The notes beneath the pieces were generated by a model. It searched no databases. It saw only the letters and a list, made by a program, of their open reading frames with translations, and was not told the origin of the DNA. DNA of 64,000 bases from Podarcis cretensis (taxonomy: Eukaryota), in assembly GCA_951804945.1 (NCBI GenBank), contig OX638151.1, positions 64,914,001 through 64,978,000 of the forward strand, given 5' to 3'. Shown here piece by piece: positions 37,671 to 49,879 of the stretch. The position numbers were made by a program, and so were the translations under genes. How positions within the stretch are numbered: the first letter of the stretch is position 1; each line of letters starts with the position of its first letter.

Positions 37671-40600
37671 GATTGAGAACTCCATTTGTCAAGGTCCTGA
37701 GTGGTAATGGATGCCTTGAAAGGTGAGGTCTCTGCCACTGATAAAAGTGCCTCACCACAGTCCTCTCCAGCACTGAGAGGGATCAAAATGACTTGTTACT
37801 TCTTAAACTGGGGGAGCTAGTTTCTGCTCCCCAACCCTTATTTCAGTTCAAGGTTTCAGTGCCATTACTGCTGGTGACATCTTAAAAACGACAACAACAC
37901 CAGGAGATATTTAATATTTAGGACAGGAGGTATTTAATATTTCGGACAGAACAATTTCAATTCAGGGAGCTGCTCATTAAGCCTACAAAATGCAATAATC
38001 CATGGACAATCTCTGCGACAAATTCTTTCTATTTGCTACTATTCTGAGTTCAACCTCTACTGACCAAAAAGACTTTCTATGAAAATCTACATGCCATTAT
38101 CTTTGATTATCTGGCCAAGTTTTCCCTGGTGCCAAAACACCTCTTCCTGAACATTAGAACTGGGGGCATTTTCACTTTCCAGACCATTGTGAACTAGAAA
38201 GGGGAATAATGACCATGGGGAAGGGAAACTATAGCTCCCATCATCCCTGACCACTGATCATGCTTGCTAAGACTGATGGGAGATGGAGTCCAACAGGTCA
38301 GCAGAGAAAACCTACATTTGTTTCATCACATCCCAATGAACAAGAAAGAAAACATGCTTCCATCTTCCTCTAGACATCCTGCCCCCCATCAACTGCAGTC
38401 CTTTAAAAATAACCACCAGCCCTGATGGTCATTTAATAATTGTGAATGAACTATAGCTTTATTGTAGAGGGCTCACCTAGTGATGAATTTCTTTTTGCCC
38501 CAGGGACGGAGTACAAAGTAGAGAAATTATCGCAGTGATACTTTTAATAACTTCCTGTGGGAATGCAAATGCCATCCGGAGCTGTCTCTGCCAAAGAGTT
38601 AAATCATGTAATTTCACAGATTAGACAACATAGGGTTACTAATGAGAAACTGTGTTTCAGTGATAAACTTTTTTTCCCCCTTCAAGAATATTTTGAGAGG
38701 CCTGTAACCTTTGGCTGACACCCAAGGAGGCTATTAGTTTAAGCATGGGATGCACCAGTAAATGTTCAACAGTCAGCAGAACCCCTCTCCTTTTCAGAGA
38801 GTGGCTTGTAACCTTCTCCGCAAAGGCTTTGAAAACCCAGGAGGAGTCGATAGGAGGGAGAAAATGCACAGAAAATAGGGGTCGGCATTATCAGCTTCCG
38901 ATAGCTACGTTGCTTCGGCTTCCAATTTCTTTTCAACAACATTGGTTCACCATAGCAGCTCCAGATCCCATTTAAAATGTCATGCTGCCCTCTGTTCTAT
39001 AAACATGTATCATCCATCACTAAATATTTAGATCTGAATTGTTGGAGCTGAGTTCTGTGCCAGGGGTAGGGGGATTAATTCTTTTCAAGGTCCTCACATG
39101 ATGGATTTCTTGCTGAAGTAAACATCCGAGAAAGAGCATAGACCGTGGCCATAAAGCACAGAAATGCAGTTGAAAGTTTAATGAAGACAGCACTATTTAA
39201 AGCGTTTTGTCATACTTTACAGCATACTTTTCATTTGTTAATTTGCATGACTAGTCATAAATAGGTTCCTCCCCCGTTAGACGAAAGTTGCTGTTGGGTT
39301 AAAGGCTTCAGGCTTGCTACAGAAAGGCATGTGCCCCCCCCCCAAACACACACACCAGGCTTTGGGGGTTCCCAAACACAATGCATCATGACCCTTTTGC
39401 TATCTCACATCTGCCTAATGAACTGAGATGTTTTACAGACACAGGAAAACCATGTCAGCGTTTACAGAAGAGGTGACACCGGGAAGTTCTTTGAGTGAGT
39501 TGCTGGGTTCTCCAGTTAGACCTTCTGAATTAAAAGTGCCTATTTGGAGCGCAGGAGTTCCTCCAAAGAATTCTGAGAACTGTAGGTGATCTCTCACTGA
39601 ACTACAATTCCCAGCACCCATAACAAGCTACAGTTCTCATGATTCTTTGAAGAAAGCCATGCGCTTTAATGTATGGCATAATCTCACAACCCCCTTTTCC
39701 TAATGCTTCTGGAGTGAGGAGGTAGGGGTGGGGGAAGATACATATTAGTTAGAGGGTATTTAATTTGGAAGTAACTTTAGATAACACAGCGCAAAGAAAT
39801 CCAAGACACAGGAAAATACAGATTTATCCATGTAGGGTATGCTTGAGTAGGCAGAGTCTGAAATGTGTGTAAATCACCAAACAATTCTTGTAAGCTATGT
39901 CAGAAAGAATTAGTGTGTAAAAGGGTTCTTCCACATTCATTATGTAACATAATGCTGATAAAGACTCTCCAAAATCTTTAACATTAGATAACAAGTTTTG
40001 CCTCTAGGTAGTTTTGAAATTTAATGAGACCTTAATCATCATGACAGCCTAAAAGCTAAGGGAGTCTCTAAGGTTACATGTTATTTCAAACATAATGCAA
40101 TCAAATATTTTTGATAAGATACAAGGAGGCCCACCTAGGAGGAATGTTCTACCATTCCGACTCAAGGTGAAAGTGAAACTAACATAGAACCTTTTTCACA
40201 TGAGATTCCACCACACAGTAGAGAAGTCAGTGGAAAGGATGGTGCGCAATGGCTCTAAGTTGTACAGACATAATTTAAATTCCAGCACATATGTTTCCAA
40301 ATATTGGAAGAATGGGGCGAAGCAAAAGTTGAGTCTTCACAGTGATGGGCAAATCTATTCAATCTGGTTTCTCGGTTTCTCATTTCCCCCCAATATTAAG
40401 GTCAGCTCCCTGCATAAGTTTCTGATTTTATTTTATTTTTTTAAGTTGTCATGAAAATTAATCAGTGAATTTCTTCTAATAGACAGATGTTTCTTTGCAA
40501 TTTTGCCTAATATAAACAGTTTTGCAAAGCAGTTTTGTCTAACACAATGCATTTTTGTTGTTGCTCGCAAGGTAAAAAATAAGTATAAAAGGAGAATTTT

Positions 40601-41386
40601 CTGGATGGCAAGATCCAGGTTTGGGGCAAGTACGCTTTGGTAAAGGAACCCCAGCAGAAATTTAAAATCACAAAATATGCAGCAAAATAAAGCATGAAAA
40701 TAGACTGTTAAGCCTTTAAAATAAGCCCTAAGTTGCTTCCAAAGTTCCCCTCTTCCCCTTGCATAGAAAAAGACCACACATTTTTTCAAGTTAAAAATGG
40801 TTTACAACTCTCCAAAGGTCAGAGTAATATGCTTTTCCATACAGCAGTCAGAAAACACACAGTAAAACTTGGCTTAGTTCCTAAATTATTGGTACAATTT
40901 AGGTTCAGACCTCTTTACACCTTGAGCTTCTCGGGTAGACTGAGGTGAGCAAAAGGCTTGGCTTGATTACCTTCCTTACAAAGTGAAGCAGAGTGACCTA
41001 GCTAAGCCTGGAAGGACAGTTTATTCTGTAGCATTAACCCCTTCATGCATTTATGAGACTTGAGAATGTTAGTTATATGAGGCTGTTTATCCCATTTTAA
41101 ATGTTAACAATTTTTAGCTTGAAACATGCCCAATTGCTGTCTTGCTTGACAGTTAAATCAGTGTGCCGTCTTTCAGCCTCACAAACTGAGGATATTGGTG
41201 GCCTTTCCTGTGGCTAGGGACTCAGCTACACAGATGCAAATAAAACATTGTAAATGTGTTGTAAAGTGCAATATACAAATATGACACTAGATGGCAAAAG
41301 TGAGCTATGCAAAATTCAATGTATTTTTCAAACCATTTTTTTAAAAAAGGCATTTTCACAGCATTTATTACATGTGTGTAGATTCC

Positions 41387-42506
41387 TTTTTTTAAAAAAT
41401 AATTTTTATTAACTGGCCAATCACATCAAATTAAATCACATCATATAAATTCCGAATTACAAAGCCAAATTTTTAAATTTTGTTGGGGGAACCCATACTT
41501 CAAGATCCAAAGGGGAATTCAGATCATCTTCTTATTACTGCGTTAATGTCCAAATCAGTCCCAATCAGTCCAAACAAAGTTCATAATTCTATCCAGTCTT
41601 ATCTTGGTGTTGCCACACCATATCTTGTTCATATAATTTCTCTTTTTCGTTTACGATCTCTTCTGTTAGTCTCCTTAAGCCGATAGCAAGTGTAATAATC
41701 CTGTGTGGATTTCCCGTTCCTTCACTAAGTCCAGATGGTTTCCATATATCTCCTTCGTAGATAACATCACTTTATCCATCGTAATTTTTGGCATTTGTCG
41801 CTCTTAAGTCCCACCGAGGAGTTGATTCACGATATGTAAACAACTCTATTTCTCTCTTTCTCCTCCCAGACCCAAGAGCTCCCACAATGCCTCACAAAAT
41901 GGCGAACGGCATTTTTTCCTGACTGTGTCACTCCAAAACTCTTAGCTTTCCAGCTTCATCTTGAAACATTGCTTTGGATCGAAAGTTTATCTCCACACAG
42001 CCTTAAATCCACAGCTTAAGTCCTTAATTTCTGACTCATTAGGGGAGGGGGATTCTTGTTAAATCACATAAAAAGGTAGAGGCAGGTTTTTCCCCCCCTC
42101 CCCCCTCAGTCATTACCGTATCTTGACGTTCTTCTCGTATTTTATTGTTGTCTTGTTATCAGAGATCTCTTCTGTCAGCAGTATTTACTCCCCTTTTTCC
42201 TTGATGTATGTGCAATTAATCATGTCCAAATTATTTCTTTTAAAGATCACTGCAACCAGCGGCGCGAATCGGAGACGGCGTCGAGGAGTGCCGAAAATCC
42301 CACAGGAGGGCTTTGTGCCTAGTGCCCCCACCCCCACAAATTCGGGGGTGGTATAGGGCACAGCAGGCAAGGGCCGCCCCCCACCCCCATAATCCTGGGG
42401 GGGTTAAGGAGGCTAATTACCCCCATCATAGCCTCCAAATTACCTCGTGTGGGTCGGAGAGATGTTATTGTCAGCCATCTTCCGATGCGCCACCTAGTGG
42501 CCCCCC
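41387..42506 (-). mobile_element. Complete 1.1-kb non-autonomous L1-dependent retroposon (HAL1-like or L1 5'-derived)
   Basis: Perfect 18-bp TSD TACATGTGTGTAGATTCC (41369-41386, 42507-42524); begins GGGGGG; CpG-rich 5' part; AATAAA (41405-41410, minus) and A tail; no RT or EN motifs. Confidence 0.82.
42474..42500 (-). promoter_or_regulatory. CTCF-consensus and YY1-like motifs at the element's 5' end
   Basis: Minus strand CCACTAGGTGGCGC (42487-42500) fits the CTCF core; AAGATGGC (42474-42481) fits the YY1 core found at L1 5' ends. Motif match only. Confidence 0.55.
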
Positions 42507-42702
42507 TACATGTGTGTAGATTCCACCTAGATTAGACATTAGTTTTATCTAAAGTTGTGGTCAGGAACATAGAAGGTATTTCTCTGTTGACCTGGTGTCA
42601 GGATTTGACAAGGCTAGAACCAGTAACCTTCCATTCTGCATGCAGCCGTCCCATGTCGCGATCTATCAGAATTGCAGTTTGGAACATCTTACCGGCGAAG
42701 CA

Positions 42703-43597
42703 TGTTGCATCCACATAATACACTCAATGCCATTTTCAACCACTTGAATAGCCATGCCTCCCCCCGTAAAGAATCCTGGGAACTCTAATTTCATAAGGGT
42801 GCTGAGACACCCCTCACAGAGAACTCCTCATAATGAACTACAGTTCCCAGGATTCTTGCAGAGAAAGGACACCATGGCTGTTAAAGTGGTATAATAGAGC
42901 TTTATACCACTGGTCCCATCACCTCCTGGCAAATAGAAGGGGGAGAAATGGAGGCAGTGAGAGATTTTTCTTTCTTGGGCTCCATGATCACTGCAGATAG
43001 TGACAGCAGCCACAAAATTAAAAGACGCCTGCTTCTTGGGAGAAAAGCAATGACAAACCTAGACAGCATCTTTAAAAGTAGAGACATCACCTTGCCAACA
43101 AAGGTCCGTATAGCAAAAGCCATGGTTTTCCCAGTAGTGAAGTATGGAAGTGAAAGCTGGACCATAAAGAAGGCTGATCGCTGAAGAATTGATGCTTTTG
43201 AATTATGGTGCTGGAGGAGACTCTTGAGAGTCCCATGGACTGCAAGAAGATCAAACCTATCCATTCTTAAGGAAATCAGCCCTAACTGCTCACTGGAAGG
43301 GCAGATTGTGAAGCTGAGGCTCCAATATTTTGGCCACCTCATGAGAAGAGAAGACTCCCTGGAAAAGACCCTGATGTTGGGAAAGATGGAGGGCACAAGG
43401 AGAAGGGGACGACAGAGGACGAGATGGTTGGGCAGTGTTCTCGAAGCTACAAACATGAGTCTGACCAAACTGCGGGAGGCAGTGGAAGACAGAAGTACCT
43501 GGCGTGCTCTGGTTCATGGGGTCACGAAGAGTCAGAAACGACTAAATGACTAAACAACAACAACAAAGAGCTTTAAATGTATGGTGTAGATGTGGCC
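42703..43597. mobile_element. Non-autonomous DNA element interrupted by BovB
   Basis: Degenerate TIRs GCATCCACATAATACA / TGTATGGTGTAGATGTGGCC; core as at 9080-9255. Confidence 0.55.
42905..43566 (+). mobile_element. BovB (RTE) LINE 3' portion with 9-bp TSD
   Basis: MEAVRDFSFLGSMITADSDSSHKIKRRLLLGRKAM...LKLQYFGH-like...WRALVHGVTKS; (CAA)n tail; TSD AGAGCTTTA at 42896-42904 and 43567-43575. Confidence 0.95.
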
Positions 43598-44098
43598 ATA
43601 CTCTCTGGTTATACCGATTACATCTCTCCAAGCTTCCCATTGGTCTTGTGCTAAAACGTTTCTTGTTTGTGGGACTGGTATCTTAATTGAACAAGATCTT
43701 TCTGGCTGTGGCTCCCTGGCTCATGTCTGACAGCTGCCATTGTGCTCGGGCAGGTGAACAGCGTCAAGACGTGGTAACGTTGTAAAAGCTGCGAGTTTGT
43801 TCAACACTCATAAGCAACACATGTGCTAAGGGTGTGTGATTAGGATTCTAAATGATACAGAACAAGCTGCCCTCTTCAGACCTTCACTACAAACACAGAA
43901 AGTGCAGCGGGGCCAGTCAACTGGGATGTGATGGAGGGGAGGACCAATGAACACTTTCCTACCCACCCCTTTGCACAAGGAATTGTATACCTGAACAGGG
44001 CTTTGAACATTTACCATTCTGGCTATGAATGGAAGGTATTGGCTGAGATGATGCAAACGACAGCTGTATCTAAAATGGCTACAAAGATGAACACTCAT

Positions 44099-44230
44099 GC
44101 CTGGGTAGCTCAGTTGGTTAGAGCCTGGTGTTGATAATGCCAAGGTTGCAATTTACCTGCACTGCAGGGGGTTGGACTAGATGATCCTTAAGATCCCGTC
44201 CAACTCTACAGTTCTAGGATTCCTATGATT
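44099..44230 (+). mobile_element. SINE-like element: tRNA-Ile-like head plus CR1 tail
   Basis: TAGCTCAGTTGGTTAGAGC.TGGTG.TGATAA.GCCAAGGT matches the tRNA-Ile 5' part; then CTGCAGGGGGTTGGACTAGATGA...CCAACTCTA...CTATGATT CR1 tail. Confidence 0.78.
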
Positions 44231-46090
44231 TCCCGGTGCCTCTTGGCTCAGAGTCATAGAAATTGCCCTAGGCTGAATGTGTACGCTGCCGATTCTAGTC
44301 CATTGGTTTTGTATATAGCAGTATCTTCTGCACGTGGATTTCAGAGCAAATGTTTTCCCCTAATAGGATTACATGAGGAGGCAAGCCATTATTTTCCCTG
44401 TGTGAACAGCCCTAAGGACTTTAGATTATTTAGGTTTAGATAATGAGGGGCCTGCTTTTTATCTTCCTTTCTTTCCAAATATGATAAACAGCGACAGAAA
44501 GAGAGAGGGAGAGAGACCGTAACATTTTAAAAAGGATCTTTGATTCTGATTAAGAGTCATAACCATAAACAAAACTTGATAAGTGTTTTACCTAGTAATG
44601 GTTGGCTGTGGTACCACTGGCATACCTGCCAATCTTTGAAAGCTTAAAAGATGAAGGCTTAGCCCCCAGCCTCAACTTTTCAGTCCCCCTCCCCACTCCT
44701 CCAGCCTGACCCATCCTGAATTAAAACTAGTAAAACCTAGGTGAGGTGTTTTAACAGTTGCATCGCATCAGATCATATTCCTGTTCCAGCGTTCCATATA
44801 TCTGGGGTGCCTCGTATAAAAATGTTGAAGATGACTGTAAGAGTTTTACAAGACATTGCTGCTCATATTCCACAGTGACCAATAAATCCTCAAGGAGATC
44901 TTTAATATAAACATTAATAGTTTCCCACATCTTTGTTTAGAGAACAGGCCAAGGATTTCTAAACTTGAAGATCTAACTCTTTCCAGAGAAATGGTTCTAC
45001 TTATAAGCACCTAATTCTTGACTTTCCTAAAATCTGGCTTATTAGAAAGCTCATCAGGAATTTGCAGGTTATTGCATTTCACTGTCTGGAATTTCTGATT
45101 CTCATATACTCCCCATTAACTAATCCCAATTGAATCAATCTAGGTAGAAAGTGCAGGAAACGTTTTATTTTTCTATGCTGTAGGATCTGAATGCCTTGCA
45201 GTGTCAAAATATTCACTTGGCCTGCTGTGGGTGTCCTTAACATGCACTAAAGAAACTCAAGAGAGATTATTTATTTTATTAATTACATTTCTATCCCATC
45301 ATTCCTCCTAAAGGAGTCCAAAACAGAAAACAACAAAAGCTATGTTTACAGTCAAATATCCTCTCAACCATTAATTCCTCCTCAGTTACTAAAATGTGCA
45401 GAATCAATAACTTCATGCTGCTCTGGCAGGTTATCAGTTCTTAATCATTTATGGGATGGGGATGATATTTGAAGAAGTATGAAGCAAATACATATTTATT
45501 TTGCTCTGGGATTAGGTGCTTAAAAAACAGTCTAGTCAAAATAGGGATGAGAGTGTGGTCATGCCACAATATCCAGCAATAACAGCAAAGGGCCATAAAT
45601 GTAACTTTCTTTACCAGGCAGCTTATCAAACATGAACCAAACTAAGAATAGAGAGGATAACTTCTGTAGATCTCTGAGGGTGCAGGGGCAAAAAGCAAGT
45701 GGGCAGGGGGAGAGGATGAAAGAAAGGAGTTATGGATCCCCTCTCATCTACATTTGAGGGCGGGGGGGGGGATGACAGCATATAAATGAGCCCAAACCAT
45801 AGGCAGGAGTCAACTAACAAATCCCATCAGTTTAAGTCCTGAGCAAGATCTTCCACTTGCACATTGGGGCTTTTAACCCCTCTCTTCTTTCTGCACCACC
45901 CCAAAATTTGCTCTGGGGGTGTTGGGAGAACTTCTAGAACAGCACACAGGGGGAGCAGATGGGATTATTCGATTTGGCAAGCCATATATATTTGCCCTGA
46001 TGGAACAACTGCCATAGTGTGATGTTTAATTCCTCCCTATCATTTTCTTTATCCTGATGTTGTACTGTCATTGTCCAGCTTTTGTTTTTA

Positions 46091-46315
46091 CAGTGGTACC
46101 TCGGGTTACATACGCTTCAGGTTACATATGCTTCAGGCTACAAACTCTGCTAACCAAGAAATAGTACCTTGGGTTAAGAACTTTGCTTCAGGATGAGAAC
46201 AGAAATCGTGCTTCGGCGGCACAGCGGCAGCAGGAGGCCCCATTAGCTAAAGTGGTGCTTCAGGTTAAGAACAGACCTCCGGAATGAATTAAGTACTTAA
46301 CCCGAGGTACCACTG
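46091..46315. mobile_element. Tigger-like MITE copy 3, TA TSD
   Basis: Same TIRs and body as 24653-24883. Confidence 0.9.
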
Positions 46316-46589
46316 TATTTTGATTGCAGCTATTCCTTACTGGCGCTTGGATTTGTTTGTTTGAACCATTAAGAGCTGAATTATGTGGATCATCATCTGT
46401 CACCCACTGCCTTTGTGTGGCTGAGTGGCAGTCTATAAATGTAGATAGCATAAGTAACTTGGAATCAGGTTACTTAAGAGAACATAATTTCCTATATAGC
46501 CTTACCTGTTCACTCAGATCATTAGAAGGGTGGTACATAAATAAACACAATAGACTTGAATACCAAGTGTATATAGACTTGACTACCAA

Positions 46590-46690
46590 GGTGCAAAGCC
46601 ATTCAACTAGCTGTGTGACCTTGGGCAAGTCCTAATCTCTCTTCTTAACTTACTTCATGGTTGTCATGGTGGATAACATAAAATGGAATA
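46590..46690 (+). mobile_element. Ancient CORE-SINE (MIR-like) fragment
   Basis: ACTAGCTGTGTGACCTTGGGCAAGTC is the hallmark CORE motif. Confidence 0.6.
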
Positions 46691-47039
46691 ACCATCCACC
46701 CCACACATTCTCCTAAGATTCCCCAATGCTGTAATCCTATACACTCTTTCTTCTGAGTAGACACATGTAGAAATCTTACTGTATGCTCTTTGAAATGACA
46801 TCATACAAATGTATACTTTTATTTTAGCCCACACATAGACGAATAAGAGCATTCATCCAATGAAAAAGGAAATACGAACCCATCTGCACAGGAATTACTA
46901 CATTGCCATTAGAGTTGCAAAATCACTTCCATGCTCTCACCTTGGACCAGAAGAGCTAGGACAGCAGTTGCCAACTTCAGAAGACATGAAGGTACTTGCT
47001 ACCTTCAGTGGAGATGACATTAGAGAAGGGGAATTGAAG

Positions 47040-48311
47040 CCTAGAGATGAAAAGCTGGGAGGAAGAAGTGGGAAGTACTCAAACCATATGTTTCCGGCCT
47101 TTGTAACTTATCCCAACAATATCAATATAAGCTTCAATAAACAAGAGGGGGAAGATTTGAGAGCAACAGAAGCAGACCTCAGAACACTCCAAGCAGCCTT
47201 TGGAAGGCACAGTCCACAGAATGAGTCCTGCTACTCCCCAGAGGAGGAGGAGACAAGTGGTGGTGATAGGTGATGCCCTACTGAGGGGAACAGAGGCAGT
47301 AGTGTGTGGAAGAAACAGGATGTCTTCCAGGTGCAAAGATTCACGATGTGATGGAGAAGTTGCCAAGTCTTATAAAGCTCACTGACCGCTACCCCTTTTT
47401 TCTGATTCACATGGGTACAAATAATACTGCCACACATAGCCTGTAACATATAGCAAGGGACTATGAGACACTGGGCAAGGAGCTGAAGTGGCTTGGAGCA
47501 CAGGTAGTCTTTTCACCACTCCTTCCTGTTAAAAGGAAGAAGAGAGGAAAATATTTGAGGTAAACCACTGGCTGTGCAGGTGGTGTTGTCCAGAAGGATT
47601 TGGCTTCTTTGAAGATGGCCTTCACTTCCTTGAGGTAGGACTTCTGGCAAGAGATGGGCTGCACCTCACAGCAGTTGGCAAGAATGTGTTTGCCAAGAGT
47701 CTTGAGAATCTGTTCAGGAGAGCTTTAACCTGGATCTTGAGGGGGAGGGAGAAAACAATACGAATGACAAAAGAGCACCTGGCACTGGAGATAATAGCTT
47801 CATTGATGCTCAGGAAACGGAGGTGGTGCTCCAGAAACCTGCTAAAGGGCAAGAAACTACTGGAACGTGTGCAGAGGAAGGCAACCAAGATGATCAAAGG
47901 TCTGGAAACTAAGCCTTATGAGGAGTGCTTGAAGGAACTGGGTATGTTTAGCCTGGAAAAGAGGAGTCTGAGAGGAGATACGGGAAACATCTTTAAATAT
48001 CTTAAGGGCTGTCACATGGAGGAGAGAGCATGCTTGTTTTCTCCTACTCTGGTGGATAGGATTTGAACTAATGGTTTCAAGATGCAAAAAAGGAGATTCC
48101 AAATAAGCATTCAGAAAAACTTTATGGCAGTAAGAGCTGTTCAGCAGTGGAAGAGTCTCCCTTGGGAGGTGGTGGACCCTCCTTCCTTGGAGGTTCTGAA
48201 GCAGAGGTTGGATGTCCACCTGTCATGGATGCTTTAGCTGAGATTCCTGCAAGGGTCATCTGTTGGACTAGATGACCCTTGGGGTCCCTTCCAGCTCTAA
48301 TATTCTATGAT
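47040..48311 (+). mobile_element. CR1 with decayed ORF1 (SGNH/GDSL esterase-like) joined to the last ~400 bp of ORF2/3' UTR
   Basis: VVVIGDALLRG (~47258-47290), HMGTNNT (~47410) and DGLHL (~47653) esterase blocks; then LERVQRKATKMIKGLE from ~47855 and TTCTATGA tail. Confidence 0.85.
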
Positions 48312-49193
48312 ACTAACAATTCCAATGACTGAAACACAGAAGGTGACTGAAAGGGGGGCGGAGGGCAGCAATTACCAAGCTATCAGCAATGAGAATTAAG
48401 AAAAGTTTTTCCTTGTGAACTAAATTTTGGTAGGTATTATTGGCTCCTCAATTTTTAATTACAGTTATTTTATCTACTTTAAAAAGCCCTCCATTTATAT
48501 TTATGGTTTGCCTCTAAAATAACATACATTTTAAAGGAGTACAGGATTTTTTTAGGGCCTGGAAACAAAAATTGAAATGAAAGACTAAAGAGCCTTTATC
48601 AGAGGTAAACTGGCAATCTCTAATGGGACATTTATAATTTAATTGTGTCATGGAGCAACTATAAATTTCTTCCAGAGCTCATATCCATGTTGTTTTTATA
48701 ATGAAGATAAAGTAGCACACATACCAACAATCACTTGAAATATGTAGGCTGCAGCTTCTTCCAAAAAGATAGCAAGGACCTATGTCCTGTTTATGGCATT
48801 TTCATTTTATTGCACAACCATGTTTGCAGCAGAATTGTGTGATGTGCTTAGCAGCTCATTCTGTAGGCATCCAATAATTCAACATTTACTTATTTATTTT
48901 TTGTAATCGGGGTCTAATCTTTTGGAACCAGATCAATAAAAATAAGGAGGGGGAAGAAACTCTACCAAGCTACACATGGATGCCTTATATAAACTTTATG
49001 AGGAGCCTGTGCAATGTTTGATGTTTTCCGTGGAGAAGGAAATGTTCTAACCTCCTGCAACAAAGGCACATGTGGGTGGAATTCGTAAAGCCTCTCAACG
49101 AATATGGATATCAGAATTAAAAACCTGATTCAACACAAAAACAAAGAAGGCAACATCTTCCTGACTTTCTTATAGCTGCTAAAATTGGGCATT

Positions 49194-49490
49194 GAGAGCC
49201 AGTGTGGTGTAGTGGTTAAGAGCGGTAGTCTCGTAATCTGGGGAACCGGGTTCGCGTCTCCGCTCCTCCACATGCAGCTGCTGGGTGACCTTGGGCCAGT
49301 CACACTTCTCTGAAGTCTCTCAGCCCCACTCACCTCACAGAGTGTTTGTTGTGGGGGAGGAAGGGAAAGGATATTGTTAGCCACTTTGAGACTCCTTAAA
49401 GGGAGTGAAAGGCGGGATATCAAATCCAAACTACTACTCTTCTTCTTCTTCTTCTTCTTCTTCTTCTTCTTCTTCTTCTTCTTCTTCTTC
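49194..49490 (+). mobile_element. Young tRNA/CORE SINE (Squam2-like) with (TCT)n tail
   Basis: Box A TGGTGTAGTGG, box B GGTTCGCGTC, CORE GGGTGACCTTGGGCCAGTCAC; near-identical copy at 62584. Confidence 0.88.
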
Positions 49491-49879
49491 TGTGGAATGT
49501 CTGCTTGCTTGACCCTGATTCAGCAGAGCTAGGACTTAATAGATCTTTCACTTTAATGGCTAATACCAGGTGTGGAAAACATTAAGCTGCAATGATTAAG
49601 TAAAGTCTTGCCTTTCCAACTCTAGCAAATGTTTTCATGAAAATGTTAGAATATTTTTAGAATGTAATGAAGAAAGAAGGGACATAGTTCAATGCTAAAG
49701 CACATGCACACTCCCAGGTTCAACCTGTGGCTACTTGTGCTAGGATTGGGAAAGAAACCCCAGGGAGCCACTAACAGCCAATGTGGAGCAGGAATGAGGA
49801 TGGCTGGTGTTGGATTCCATCAGTCTCAGTCTTTGGAGGGCCACAGATTTTCCAGCCTTGGTGCAAACATGGACTGTGC

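Noticed and set aside
37902-37948. Short local tandem duplications (also ~23290-23330, ~31283-31310, ~61788-61812)
   Set aside because: Ordinary slippage or repair duplications with no sign of function.
42902-43468. 188-aa minus-strand ORF, the longest in the window
   Set aside because: Antisense frame of BovB ORF sequence.
44099-44150. Possible tRNA-Ile gene (likewise tRNA-Lys at 35641-35691 and tRNA-like heads at 5541 and 37147)
   Set aside because: Incomplete cloverleaf (T arm or 5' half missing) and fused to SINE/LINE tails; not functional tRNAs.
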